A stretch of DNA of 62,000 nt from Wallemia ichthyophaga EXF-994 (lineage: Eukaryota; Fungi; Basidiomycota): contig NW_008806281.1 in the NCBI RefSeq assembly GCF_000400465.1, positions 144,001 to 206,000 on the forward strand, written 5' to 3'. The position numbers and the translations under genes were made by a program. The notes beneath the pieces are model-generated. The model saw nothing but the letters and a program-made list of their open reading frames with translations, ran no database searches and was not told the DNA's origin. The first letter of the stretch is position 1; the number at the start of each line of letters is the position of its first letter. Positions 10,758-20,602 of the stretch are shown here, piece after piece.

Positions 10758-11312
10758 GACTGTGAGCTGCAAACAAGTTCAAGTGACGTGAGCCATTCAA
10801 CATGAAAGATACAAGAAGGAATTTATTTAATTCCCTAAAACACCCTTTTAACCTCAATAAACATTTCCTTGCAAATCTACGTGGGTTGCTGTGAGCCTGT
10901 GTATTCTGCCCGCCGTCTCACCCACCTTACACCTCCCGCCAGTACCTTGCCTCCTCGCGTCTGTTTTGCAACTCAGCCAATTGATGATTGGCTTCCGATC
11001 TTTCTTTTTAGTGGCTGAGATTGGAGTGGTGGTGGGTGTTGTGTGTGGTTGTTGCTGTTGCTGTTGTTGTTGCTGCTCTCTCTCCTCAGAAGATCTCATG
11101 ACTGTGAGCTGCAAACAAGTTCAAGTGACGTGAGCCATTCAACATGAAAGATACAAGAAGGAATTTATTTAATTCCCTAAAACACCCTTTTAACCTCAAT
11201 AAACATTTCCTTGCAAATCTACGTGGGTTGCTGTGAGCCTGTGTATTCTGCCCGCCGTCTCACCCACCTTACACCTCCCGCCAGTACCTTGCTTCATCGC
11301 GTCTGTTTTGCA
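10629..11312. repeat. Near-perfect 342-bp tandem duplication (10629-10970 / 10971-11312)
   Basis: The two copies match at all but 2 positions (CTCCTCGCG vs TTCATCGCG near the end of the unit). Confidence 0.95.
10835..11099 (-). CDS. Chimeric ORF created by the tandem duplication (43-aa polyQ N-terminus fused to the RING C-terminal half), ~71 aa
   Basis: MRSSEEREQ9PHTT...PIINWLS|CKTDARRQGTGGRCK[49-nt intron]ICKEMFIEVKRVF*; in frame across the junction at 10970/10971. Confidence 0.45.
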
Positions 11313-11477
11313 CAGGTAAGCGTGATTACAAGGTACACAACTATATTCCACTGGTTTCGTTTTGCAGATGAGGCATATAATTGGTGTGTTTGGAGTGTTT
11401 GGAGTACCTGGAGTATCTATAGTACCCTGAGTACCTCGAATATCGTTAATATTACTCGTTTTACTCGTATTGCTCAT
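11177..11477 (-). CDS. Small RING-type (C3HC4-like) zinc-finger protein, 83 aa, 1 intron
   Basis: CLICKTKPVEYSCVPCNHAYLCKTDAMKQGTGGRCK|ICKEMFIEVKRVF after removing the intron at 11219-11267 (GTGGGT..CTCAC..GTAG). Confidence 0.8.
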
Positions 11478-11510
11478 CGCTGTTTCTAATCTTGAACAAG
11501 AACCACCATC

Positions 11511-12112
11511 ATGACCTCAATAAACAACGCCATCCACTCAATCAAATCCCCGCTTTTAAAATCATTCCTTCTCTCTGAATCTAATTTCTGGTTTGTGGCA
11601 CAGAAATCCCAGCATCTCCTGCCGCCATCAACGACCCTCGAACAAGCGCAATCTGATCCTCGCGCTTTGAGACCTTCGCCGTTTCAATTCAGAAAGTCCA
11701 AGCTCACCGGTAAATGGCAGCCCCCGCGTTACTCGAGGAGACAGCAGGCTGACCTCATCAAGGCTGCCAGAGCTGAAGGCGTGATGCACCTACTTCCAAC
11801 TTCAGTCAAGGACGCTGTCACCGATGCTGTTTCCGTTGAGAAACCCTTTAATTGGCAGGAGAAGGCCATGTTTGATGTCCTCCCAAGGGCTCCTAGAGCC
11901 GTTGCAGAGAAGAAGTTTAAGGGTAGTCTCTGGCACAGGAAGCAGCCAGCCAGACAAGCAGCAATCCATGAAAATCTACAGAACATGTCCCAAAAGATCG
12001 ATTTCTGGAACAAGGTGCGCTGTTCTCTCTCTTTGTTCTGTCTTCTTGCTTACTCTCTACAAAGGAAAAGGAACAGCGCAAACAGAAACACACTCCGCCA
12101 CTACCTTTCTAG
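11511..12112 (+). CDS. MRPL25: Mitochondrial large-subunit ribosomal protein mL59
   Basis: SPFQFRKSKLTGKWQPPRYSRRQQADLIKAA motif; the intron at 12015-12064 gives the C-terminus EKEQRKQKHTPPLPF*. Confidence 0.82.
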
Positions 12113-12209
12113 ATTCATTTGTTTCACACTTTATACATTACTCTTTATCGCATTCGTTTTCTTTCCCTCCTTGCCCTCTTCTTGCTCCTCTCCTTACTCT
12201 CCATTCTCC

Positions 12210-13280
12210 ATGGCTAGACGTTTCACTGTAAAAGTTCCAGCGACTTCTGCAAATCTAGCGTGTGGCTTTGATTGCCTGGGTGCCAGTTGGGAGGGTATTG
12301 ATTTACGTCTGAGCGTCTCTCACCAACCCTACCCCGCAACGAAACACACAACGCCTACAATCACCTACACAGGCGAGGGAGCTGGCGAGGTACCTCTGGA
12401 TCCATACAAGAATCTAACGACGCGCGTGTGCATATATGTGTTAAGATGCCACGACATAGGAGAATTCCCCGACGAGTTGGACATAAAAGTGCACAACGAA
12501 ATCCCCTTTGGACGCGGTCTGGGCAGTTCCGGTGCTGCGGTGGTAGCTGGGGTCTTATTAGCGGATGCGCTGGCTGATTTGCGTATGACGCCGTCGCGCC
12601 AGCTCGATTTCGCGCTAATGGTTGAGCGTCACCCCGACAACGTAGCTGCAGCGTTGATCGGCGGGTTCGTAGGGAGCTACCTGAAAACGTTACCAGCGGG
12701 GGCGCTCGACCCATCCAGCGTGCCCATGAGCGAGGTGCTACCCGAATACCCGCGCGACGCCAGCAAGGACTGGGGAAGCAAGCCTCCCGTCCCCCCGCAC
12801 GAGATCGGCCACTGGCTTCGTTATGGCTGGGCAGAGCAGATCAAGGCGCTTGTAGTCATCCCTCAATTTGAATTATCTACCGCCAAGGCTAGGGGGTGTC
12901 TACCGGAACTGTATGAGAGGGGAGATGTCGTTTTCAATTTACAGCGCCTCGCTGTACTTACTACAGCTCTCTCCATTAATCCACCGGACCCACATCTTAT
13001 TTGGGAAGCTATGCAGGACCGTCTCCACCAGCCGTACCGCGCTGAGTTGATACCAGGTCTACCGGAAATCACTAGATCTCTCACACCTTCAACCCACCCA
13101 GGTCTGCTTGGAATCTGCCTCTCAGGCGCTGGTCCAACTATACTCGCCCTGCACACACATAACGATGACGCCATTGCGCAGGGCATCTGCAGCATCTTTG
13201 CAAAGAACGGCGTGCAGTGCAGACTCGAAGTGAAGGGGATATCGCTTACGGGTTCTACGGTGAATTGGGAGTTAAAATAA
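12210..13280 (+). CDS. THR1: Homoserine kinase (GHMP family)
   Basis: VKVPATSANLACGFDCLG, IPFGRGLGSSGAA, ERHPDNVAAA, DRLHQPYR, CLSGAGPTILA. Confidence 0.95.
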   Translation: MARRFTVKVPATSANLACGFDCLGASWEGIDLRLSVSHQPYPATKHTTPTITYTGEGAGEVPLDPYKNLTTRVCIYVLRCHDIGEFPDELDIKVHNEIPFGRGLGSSGAAVVAGVLLADALADLRMTPSRQLDFALMVERHPDNVAAALIGGFVGSYLKTLPAGALDPSSVPMSEVLPEYPRDASKDWGSKPPVPPHEIGHWLRYGWAEQIKALVVIPQFELSTAKARGCLPELYERGDVVFNLQRLAVLTTALSINPPDPHLIWEAMQDRLHQPYRAELIPGLPEITRSLTPSTHPGLLGICLSGAGPTILALHTHNDDAIAQGICSIFAKNGVQCRLEVKGISLTGSTVNWELK

Positions 13281-13338
13281 TGCATTTCCTGTGTTTTATA
13301 TGTTTTATATCCTTTCTGCCTTTGTCTCTCGTACGACC

Positions 13339-14046
13339 ATGTCGAACACGGCCATCACATACACACAATACCACGACGAGCGGCAGCTTGCGAGTATCAT
13401 GGATCTCATCGACACGGAGCTCTCAGAGCCCTACATCAACATGACTTACCGGTATTTCGTGCATACGTGGTGCGTGGTGTGTGGGTGAGGGTGAAGCCAA
13501 GGCAGCTAACAGCGCGCGCGTGCGCACTACAGGCCACAGCTGACGTTTTTGGTGGGTGTGTTGGTTGAAAACATTGCAATTTGCTTATTCATTGTTTCTT
13601 TCATTGCTTGCTCAGGCTCATGACCACACCACGGCGCAATCTCAATCTCAATCACTTGCACAGAACTCCGCTCTCGCTGTTGGCGTCGTCGTATGTAAGC
13701 AGGAGAGACACAAGTCGGGGCTGATGCGCGGTTATATCGCTATGCTCTCAGTGCGTACGGATTATCGTAAACGCGGTATAGCCACGAAGCTCGTGAGGAT
13801 GGCGATAGACGCCATGATTAGCGGCGGTGCTGAGGAGGTGCGTGTGGAGCATGGATTGTAAAGTATAAGCAATCTAACACACGGCAGATTGTGCTCGAAA
13901 CTGAAGTGGATAATTCCACATCTATTGCATTTTACAAGAGACTTGGCTTTATGGCAGAGAAACGCCTTTATCGGTTCTACATGAACGGAAAAGACGCTTT
14001 TAGGCTTTGTTTACCGGTGGTGGAAGGGGAGGATAAGTATGGATAG
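13339..14046 (+). CDS. MAK3: NatC N-terminal acetyltransferase catalytic subunit (Naa30), 3 introns
   Basis: LSEPYINMTYRYFVHTW|PQL, RGYIAMLSVRTDYRKRGIATKLV, VLETEVDNSTSIAFYKRLGFMAEKRLYRFYMNGKDAFRL. Confidence 0.92.
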
Positions 14047-14167
14047 CCTGTGGCTTGTGGCTTGTGGCTTGTGGTATTTAGCATTTAGCAATTAGCAATT
14101 AGCATTTAGTAATCCATAGTCATCATTAGCATTAGAAATAGCCTCAGCCTCAGCCTCAGCATTGAAA

Positions 14168-14839
14168 TCAATCCAGCAAATCAAACTCAACATCCCCATC
14201 ACCGTCAAATGCTTGCATGTGTTGCTGCTCTTGTGCAGTGCTGTTGATTGGATGGTGGACCACTTTCTCAGCCTCCACCTCGCGACTCTCTCCCATTTCA
14301 AGCGTGAGCGTGTGTTCCTCGCCCTGAGCAAATAGGATACCACGACGCATGTTTGATTCGGTGGGGAAAGGCATATTGAATGGCTGCTGAGGGGCGTGGC
14401 TGTCGTTGGTGGTGAGAGACGGTGGAGCGTGGGTGAAAGCAGCCAACTTTTGAGCGTATTCGAGGAGAGTTTCGTGAGGTATTTTACTCTCCTCAGCCGC
14501 TCTCATCTGGGCCTTGTCTTTGTCACTGTCTTGTACAATTCTGCCCAAATCATTCTGTGATTGTTTGAGTGTGTGTAGTGAGTGCTGGATTGATTCTTCC
14601 AACTCGATGATATCCGTTTCCAGAGCAGCAATAATACCCTGTCGCAGCTGGTGCCCGCGCAGCTCCTCCAAATGCACCGACAGTGCGCTGTCCAGTTGTG
14701 AGAGCTGTGCCAACGCCCCCACACTAACTCTTCCGGGCTTCACTGGCTGGCTGGACAGACTGGCGAATAGAGCAGCGCTTATTCTGTCGATATCATTCAG
14801 CGTTTTTATTGCTTCTTGGTTCCCAACGCCCATCATCAT
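14168..14839 (-). CDS. MED4: Mediator subunit 4 (Med4/VDRIP family)
   Basis: Coiled coil followed by ETLLEYAQKLAAFTHAPP and PFPTESNMRRGIL, the Med4 C-terminal signature; start at the MMM codons 14833-14839. Confidence 0.8.
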   Translation of the reverse strand: MMMGVGNQEAIKTLNDIDRISAALFASLSSQPVKPGRVSVGALAQLSQLDSALSVHLEELRGHQLRQGIIAALETDIIELEESIQHSLHTLKQSQNDLGRIVQDSDKDKAQMRAAEESKIPHETLLEYAQKLAAFTHAPPSLTTNDSHAPQQPFNMPFPTESNMRRGILFAQGEEHTLTLEMGESREVEAEKVVHHPINSTAQEQQHMQAFDGDGDVEFDLLD

Positions 14840-16628
14840 GGACTTACTAGAGCAACCCGCACGGGTGAAGAATTCTTTCATCAAGACTGACGGTCTCCGT
14901 GCGTGGTATGACGAGAACGGCAATCCAGTTGAGCCGTTCATCATCGGCATAGCCGGGGGCAGTTCGAGCGGCAAGACGTACGTAGCGGGGTGAGTGTGGT
15001 GTCGCTATCACCGCTTCTGCCATACTCAACCAGCTTAGTGAAATCATAAAGCGTCTGCACAACGTACAATCCATAGCCATCATCTCCCAGGACAGTTTCT
15101 ACGGCGAGCGAACACCCGCTGAAATAGACTTGGCGTACAAGAACATGTACGATTTCGACTCACCCCAAGCTATCGATATGGAGCTATTCACTAACGTACT
15201 CAACGATATTAAGAAATGCAGGGCTGTCCAACTCCCAAACTACTCATTCAACACGCACTCCCGTCTCCCCCAATCCACCTACTTGTACGGTGCACGCGTC
15301 GTTATCGTTGAGGGGATCCTCGTTCTCACTGATCCCGCCTTGCGCGACTTTTTCGACATGAAGGTCTTCGTGCAATGCGACAGTGATGTCATGCTCGCGC
15401 GGCGCATCAAGCGCGATGTCGTCGAGAGGTGAGTGGGGGTGTGTAGCGTGTAGCGCGACCGACAGCTCACACCACCCAGATCGCGCGATGTCGACGGTGT
15501 GCTCAGCCAGTACCTCAAATGGGTCAAGCCGTCTTTTGTGAGTGTATACTGCCCACCTCACACCAACACTCTCTAACAACTACACAGGAAAATTTCGTGC
15601 TTCCCTCCTCCCGTCATGCTGATATCATAGTGCCTGGCGCAGCCAACAGTGTAGCGGTGGATCTGATAGTGACGCATCTCAAAACGCAGCTCACACAGCG
15701 CTCCCGATTCCTTCGCAAAACACTCTCCACCACTTCACCCCGCTGCTCCGACTTACCGCCTAACGTGCGCGTGATAGCGAGCACCCCGACACGTAACGCC
15801 CTCCTCACACTCCTCCGCGATCCTTGCACACCCCGCACGCAATTTGTCGATGCCGTCGACCGCCTAGCTGCAATGGTGGCTGGAGAGGTTTTGGCCTATC
15901 TCCCGCACGAGAAATGTGTGGTAGACACGCCCTTAGCGGTGAGTGAGGGGGTGCGAATGAATCTGAGTGAGGGTAGGCATCCTGATGCTAATGTTGATGC
16001 CAATGTTGATGCTAATGTTTCAACACCCGGCAATCTCTGCGCAGTGGCCATCCAGCGCTCCGGCTCACTCTTCAATCACGGCCTGCGGCGTATTTTCCCC
16101 GATGTAGAACTGGGCTCAATGTTGATCCAGCACGATACTGAACACGGTGAGCCGGCACTGTACCACCACAATCTGCCGCGTGCAGTGAAGCAGGCTGAGA
16201 CAGCGCGACACACTTGGGTGCTGCTGTCTGACTCCCAATGCGGCACTGGCGCTGCGGCTTACATGGCCATTCGGGTGTTGCTGGACCACGGCGTCCTCCA
16301 ACATCATATCATCTTCCTTACTTTCCTCGTCGCGAAACGCGGCGGCGTGCACGCTATTCATAGAGCCTTTCCCGGTATTCAAATCCTTACGGCCGCCGCT
16401 GACCCCGTGTTGCGCGAAGTCGAGGTGCCTATTAGCGGTAATGGTAGCGGGAAAGCTAACACATTCAACGAGGAGAATGACGCGCAGGAGAATGTGCAAA
16501 CTCACACTCACACACCCACTCACAGGCGCAAAAGCGTCGTTAGCTTGGAGGTCCCCGAACGCAAAAAGTACTGGCAGATCGTACCAGGGATGGGCAATGT
16601 GGGCGATAGGTATTATGGGACGGTGTGA
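14838..16628 (+). CDS. URK1: Uridine kinase with C-terminal UPRTase-like domain (Urk1/UCKL1), multi-exon
   Basis: AWYDENG..FIIGIAGGSSSGKT P-loop, SQDSFY, DFDSPQAID, VIVEGIL, LARRIKRDVVER, IIVPG, DSQCGTGAAAYMAIRVL, IVPGMGNVGDRYYGT. Confidence 0.92.
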
Positions 16629-16714
16629 GTGGGGTAAAGTGCAAAGTGGAAAGTAATGCAATGGATAGATATACAGATAATACATACATAGACAGATACA
16701 TACAGACACTACCG

Positions 16715-17893
16715 TCACGCATTCAAATGGTACACTTGCACACCCCCTTCACCACCCCGGACACTGTCGAAGCAAGTGGGGCACCAGAAAGAGACGAGTG
16801 CAGCACCCACTTTATCCTTGTAAGTGGTGAAATGTGCCTGTTTCTTATTGCAGATGTCGCACAAGTGTTTTGTGTGTGTTGGTGCTGCGCGTATGTACTT
16901 GTAACGCGGGACAACTTCCTTGGTGGCTTTCAACCTGACACTGGTAACTTGCAGGGTATGCTCACAGTTTCCGTTGTGGATGTATATACCTACGCCGCCT
17001 GTGCGGAGAGGAAGGCTGCTGATGGGGGTGTCTGTGGTGTTGTTTGTGGTTTTGGTGTTGGCGTTGCTATTGGTATCGGTATTGGTAATACTACTACTAC
17101 TACTACTACTAGTACTATCACTAGAATTACCACTACGATTGCTAACGCCACCAGCACTCCCAAAGACCTCCTCATACGCTGTAATACACCCTGCGCGCCC
17201 ATCCAAGTAAGCCACGCCGTCAAAGAGGATACATCCTGCTGGAGTGATGTTGGAGCAACAGCGAGCGCGTATGCGATCGATGACATGATTGAGAGGGGCG
17301 GCAGAAGGCAGGGCGAGTGAGCACAGTTTGTTTGTGTCTGGAGCGGGAGCGCCCACAAGCACATCCACAACCGCACACCGATAGTCCCAACCGCGCCCGC
17401 GTGCATTAATATCCGTGTTATCCGCCCCTTTCCCATCCACATCGGCGGCGGAAGCGGGGCGGATGTGGTGTGCGAGTGTGCGCGTATCGCAACCCTTCTG
17501 GATGTGGTCCAGACACCGTTGTGGGGGTGCGGTTATGATTGAGGGGAGGACGTTTAGCGCGTCTGCAGCTGCACCTTGATCTGTATCTGCATCGTTCCTG
17601 CGCCCACGCCTCCGCCTCAACGCGTATCTCTCGTTGTGGGTCTGGAGTGCGTGCACGAATCGCTTATCGCACAGCAGCCGTTCGTCGTCAGCGGTGATAG
17701 TGGCTGTGGAGCGCGTGAGGGAGTGTATGAGGGAGTGCGTTTGTGTGTTGGTGGTGTCCTCGTCGCCCTCGCCCTCGCCCTCGCCTTGGTTACTCTTACT
17801 CTCTTCCAGCCTTCTACAGCGATCTAGAAACGCCTGTAGATTGATAAGCGGGGAATTGCCACCGAAGCTGTTTGCCATTTCATTTGAATTCAT
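16715..17893 (-). CDS. snRNA-activating protein complex subunit 3 (SNAP50/SNAPC3) family
   Basis: CILFDGVAYLD, YIHNGNCEHTLQVTSVRL and LCDICNK...FWCPTCF resemble the zf-SNAP50_C domain; many low-complexity insertions. Confidence 0.72.
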   Translation of the reverse strand: MNSNEMANSFGGNSPLINLQAFLDRCRRLEESKSNQGEGEGEGDEDTTNTQTHSLIHSLTRSTATITADDERLLCDKRFVHALQTHNERYALRRRRGRRNDADTDQGAAADALNVLPSIITAPPQRCLDHIQKGCDTRTLAHHIRPASAADVDGKGADNTDINARGRGWDYRCAVVDVLVGAPAPDTNKLCSLALPSAAPLNHVIDRIRARCCSNITPAGCILFDGVAYLDGRAGCITAYEEVFGSAGGVSNRSGNSSDSTSSSSSSSITNTDTNSNANTKTTNNTTDTPISSLPLRTGGVGIYIHNGNCEHTLQVTSVRLKATKEVVPRYKYIRAAPTHTKHLCDICNKKQAHFTTYKDKVGAALVSFWCPTCFDSVRGGEGGVQVYHLNA

Positions 17894-17925
17894 TATTTGA
17901 TTGTCGCCGTTGTTGGCTTCAAACT

Positions 17926-18524
17926 ATGACGTGGGTGTGTGCTGAAACGAGAAGACATGGACTGAAAAGGCAAACAGCGGGCAATTGAGATATGATTACT
18001 TCCAAACGAATGGGAGTTTAGAGGTTAGCGTATTTGCCAAAGGAGTGAGTCAGGATGGCTTAACAGTGGAGTTTAAGGAGAGAGAGCTGTTTGTAAACCT
18101 AAGTGACAACAGACAACTCCATCTAGCACCGCTATTATACCCTATTCAACCTTCAAAGTGCAGCTACACGTTAAAATCCATGAAAATTGAAATTGAGCTG
18201 GTTAAAGCGGTAGAAGGGGTCCATTGGAGTGGTTTAACACAGCCAGCAGACACACAGCCGCAACAACACCCTACAAATACAAAAGACTGGAATAAAATAG
18301 CTATAGAACAAGACAAAGAAGAAAAAGAAGATAAGAATCAAGACACAAACCCAGATGACTTTTTTAAGAAGCTTTTCGCCGGTGCAGACGACGACGTTCG
18401 CAAGGCAATGATGAAATCGTATCAGGAGAGTGGAGGTACGACGCTATCGACGAATTGGGATCAAGTGAAGAAGGGTGAGGTGAAGGGCACGCCGCCGGAA
18501 GGAATGGAGAGGAAGGACTACTAA
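17926..18524 (+). CDS. SGT1: Sgt1-like Hsp90 co-chaperone (CS + SGS domains, no TPR), 1 intron
   Basis: ATG AC|intron 17931-17977|C GGG CAA TTG AGA TAT; RYDYFQT, KIEIELVK..W, FFKKLFAGADDDVRKAMMKSYQESGGTTLSTNW. Confidence 0.9.
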
Positions 18525-18535
18525 TGTAGTAGCTC

Positions 18536-18895
18536 TCACTCCTTGCCATACTCATGCAACCACTCCTGCGTACTCCAAATTGGTTTATTGGATTCACCAG
18601 TCAGGTGTGCTGCTTTCAGTGGCTTTGCGTAGTTGCATTTGATAACGTTGTTTGAAAGAATATTTAAATCCATATTGTCAATCGCAGTAGCAGCAGCAAT
18701 CTTGTCATCAAACTCAATAAAGCCATATCCCCTATGGGGCAGCTTTGAGAACTTCTCCTGAGGCGCTGGGAGTTGTATATCGAGGATATTGCCGAAGGAG
18801 TGAAAAGAAGCGTGTAAATCATCCTTATTGAGGGATTGGCTGATGTTGTTTACCCATACCGTCCTCTGTGACTTGTCTTTGATTGAAGAAGACAT
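18536..18895 (-). CDS. Stand-alone RRM protein resembling the cyclophilin E (PPIE/Cyp33) RRM
   Basis: RTVWVNNI..FHSFGNILDIQLP..HRGYGFIEF..AAATAIDNMDLNILSNNVIKCNYAKP. Confidence 0.82.
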   Translation of the reverse strand: MSSSIKDKSQRTVWVNNISQSLNKDDLHASFHSFGNILDIQLPAPQEKFSKLPHRGYGFIEFDDKIAAATAIDNMDLNILSNNVIKCNYAKPLKAAHLTGESNKPIWSTQEWLHEYGKE

Positions 18896-18936
18896 GATTG
18901 AGGCTAATCAACGTGTTCAAACGATTCGACGACGAT

Positions 18937-20130
18937 ATGAATAGGATACATAGGCTACTAAAGCCAGTTAAGGTGGATTGGAATAACAAGCTCATTAATA
19001 TTCACTGGAATGACAACAAATCGTGTAACTTTCATAACTTATGGCTTAGAGACCACTCTAGGGACGCACACTCATTCCATCCAATCACAAAGCAGAGGTT
19101 GGTGGACACTTACGCCATTCCAGACTCAATACAGCCCATTGAAGTATCTCAATCAGACACCACGCTCTCTGTTCGTTGGAATGACAACTCAACGTGCAAG
19201 TACCCGTATCACTGGCTATATAATAATAGCTACTATCCCAAGCTTAGTGAGGTTAAGAGGGATATAAAACCAACCTGGAATGCCCAGCAGATACGCCAGA
19301 ACACTCCGACAACCCAGTACACCGACATTGTACACTCAGATAAAGGTATCTTAAACTGGCTCCAAAACATCCACACCCATGGAATTGGTTTTGTTGAAGG
19401 TGTACCATCCACTCCCGAACACACGGAACAGCTCACTCAACAAATCACTTTCATTCGCCAAACCCACTACGGAACTTTCTGGGACTTCACCTCCGACCTG
19501 AGCCACGGTGACACTGCATACACCGACATAGCACTCGGTGCACACACCGACACTACCTACTTCACTGACCCGATCGGTCTCCAATTATTCCACTTGCTAC
19601 AACCGGCGACAGTCCAAGGCGGTGATAGTCTCTTCATCGACGGCTTCCACTGCGCAAATATCCTCAAGCAGCTTGATCCACCCGCCTTCGACACACTCTC
19701 CACCACCCCTATCCCCTCTCACTCCGTTGGGAGCCAAGACGCCATCATTAAACCTGCACAGCAGTCTGGCTATCCTATAATCAACCTCGACAACATCACC
19801 GGCGAGCTACTCCAAATCCGCTACAACAATGACGACAGATCGGTGTTAAATGCGTTGTCTCCGAAACGCGTTGAGGATTTTTACAGGGCGTTAAAGATTT
19901 GGAATGGCATCCTCAACGACCCCCGCAATCAGTTCTGGCTCCCTCTTGAGAAAGGAAAGGTCGTCCTCTTCGATAATTGGAGAATCCTCCATGGTAGATC
20001 TGCCTTTAGCGGCAAGAGAAGATTATGTGGTGCGTATATCAACCATGACGACTATATGTCCAGACTGCGCACGCTTACTGAGAAACATTTCGATCATGAT
20101 TTAAGGAACGAGTACGGAACCCTGTTTTAG
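18937..20130 (+). CDS. Trimethyllysine dioxygenase (carnitine biosynthesis; TauD/BBOX family)
   Basis: WLRDHSR, QITFIRQTHYGTFWDF, AYTDIALGAHTDTTYFTDPIGLQLFH (HxD), DNWRILHGRSAF; the first in-frame ATG is at 18937. Confidence 0.9.
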   Translation: MNRIHRLLKPVKVDWNNKLINIHWNDNKSCNFHNLWLRDHSRDAHSFHPITKQRLVDTYAIPDSIQPIEVSQSDTTLSVRWNDNSTCKYPYHWLYNNSYYPKLSEVKRDIKPTWNAQQIRQNTPTTQYTDIVHSDKGILNWLQNIHTHGIGFVEGVPSTPEHTEQLTQQITFIRQTHYGTFWDFTSDLSHGDTAYTDIALGAHTDTTYFTDPIGLQLFHLLQPATVQGGDSLFIDGFHCANILKQLDPPAFDTLSTTPIPSHSVGSQDAIIKPAQQSGYPIINLDNITGELLQIRYNNDDRSVLNALSPKRVEDFYRALKIWNGILNDPRNQFWLPLEKGKVVLFDNWRILHGRSAFSGKRRLCGAYINHDDYMSRLRTLTEKHFDHDLRNEYGTLF

Positions 20131-20602
20131 GCGGTGTGAGGTGTAAAAATTATGATTGAATACATATGTTTTGCTTGGTGTTGAGTGTGTTTTGATACTA
20201 TTTGCTAACCCCTTAACCACCGCCACCACCAACATCCCCCTCTATGACGTATTCACGTGACTTTATGCTAGGGTGACTGCATGAACCCAATTTACGCAGG
20301 CTAAATTTAAAAGCTAAGCTGCTTTTTTCGTGTTAGAGTGTTTACGCGTGTGCATATATGACTAGTATGCTCCGCACACATATCCAAGACAGTTACTGTG
20401 TTACTCAGCTAAAGTAAAACACTCAACCTGTTTAACACATGCCGAACGAGGCTAAAATGAACTTACTATGAATAAAAAATCAAATTTTATAAACCTAATT
20501 TTGTTATTTCGTCCCTTACCGAATATTTCATTTCTGCCGTGAAGTTTGAAGCTTAACCAAGCGGGAAGGTAGAAGATACGAGAAAAAGCTCCAGTAGACA
20601 AA

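Noticed and set aside
10785-10792. Recurrent TGACGT/TCACGT (CRE/E-box-like) hexamers in several intergenic gaps
   Set aside because: A hexamer occurs often by chance in 62 kb, and enrichment cannot be shown without counting against a background model.
11511-13280. 589-aa ORF as a single bona fide MRPL25-THR1 fusion gene
   Set aside because: A canonical 50-nt intron gives MRPL25 its own typical C-terminus (PPLPF*), and THR1 has its own ATG at 12210. Kept only as a low-interest read-through possibility.
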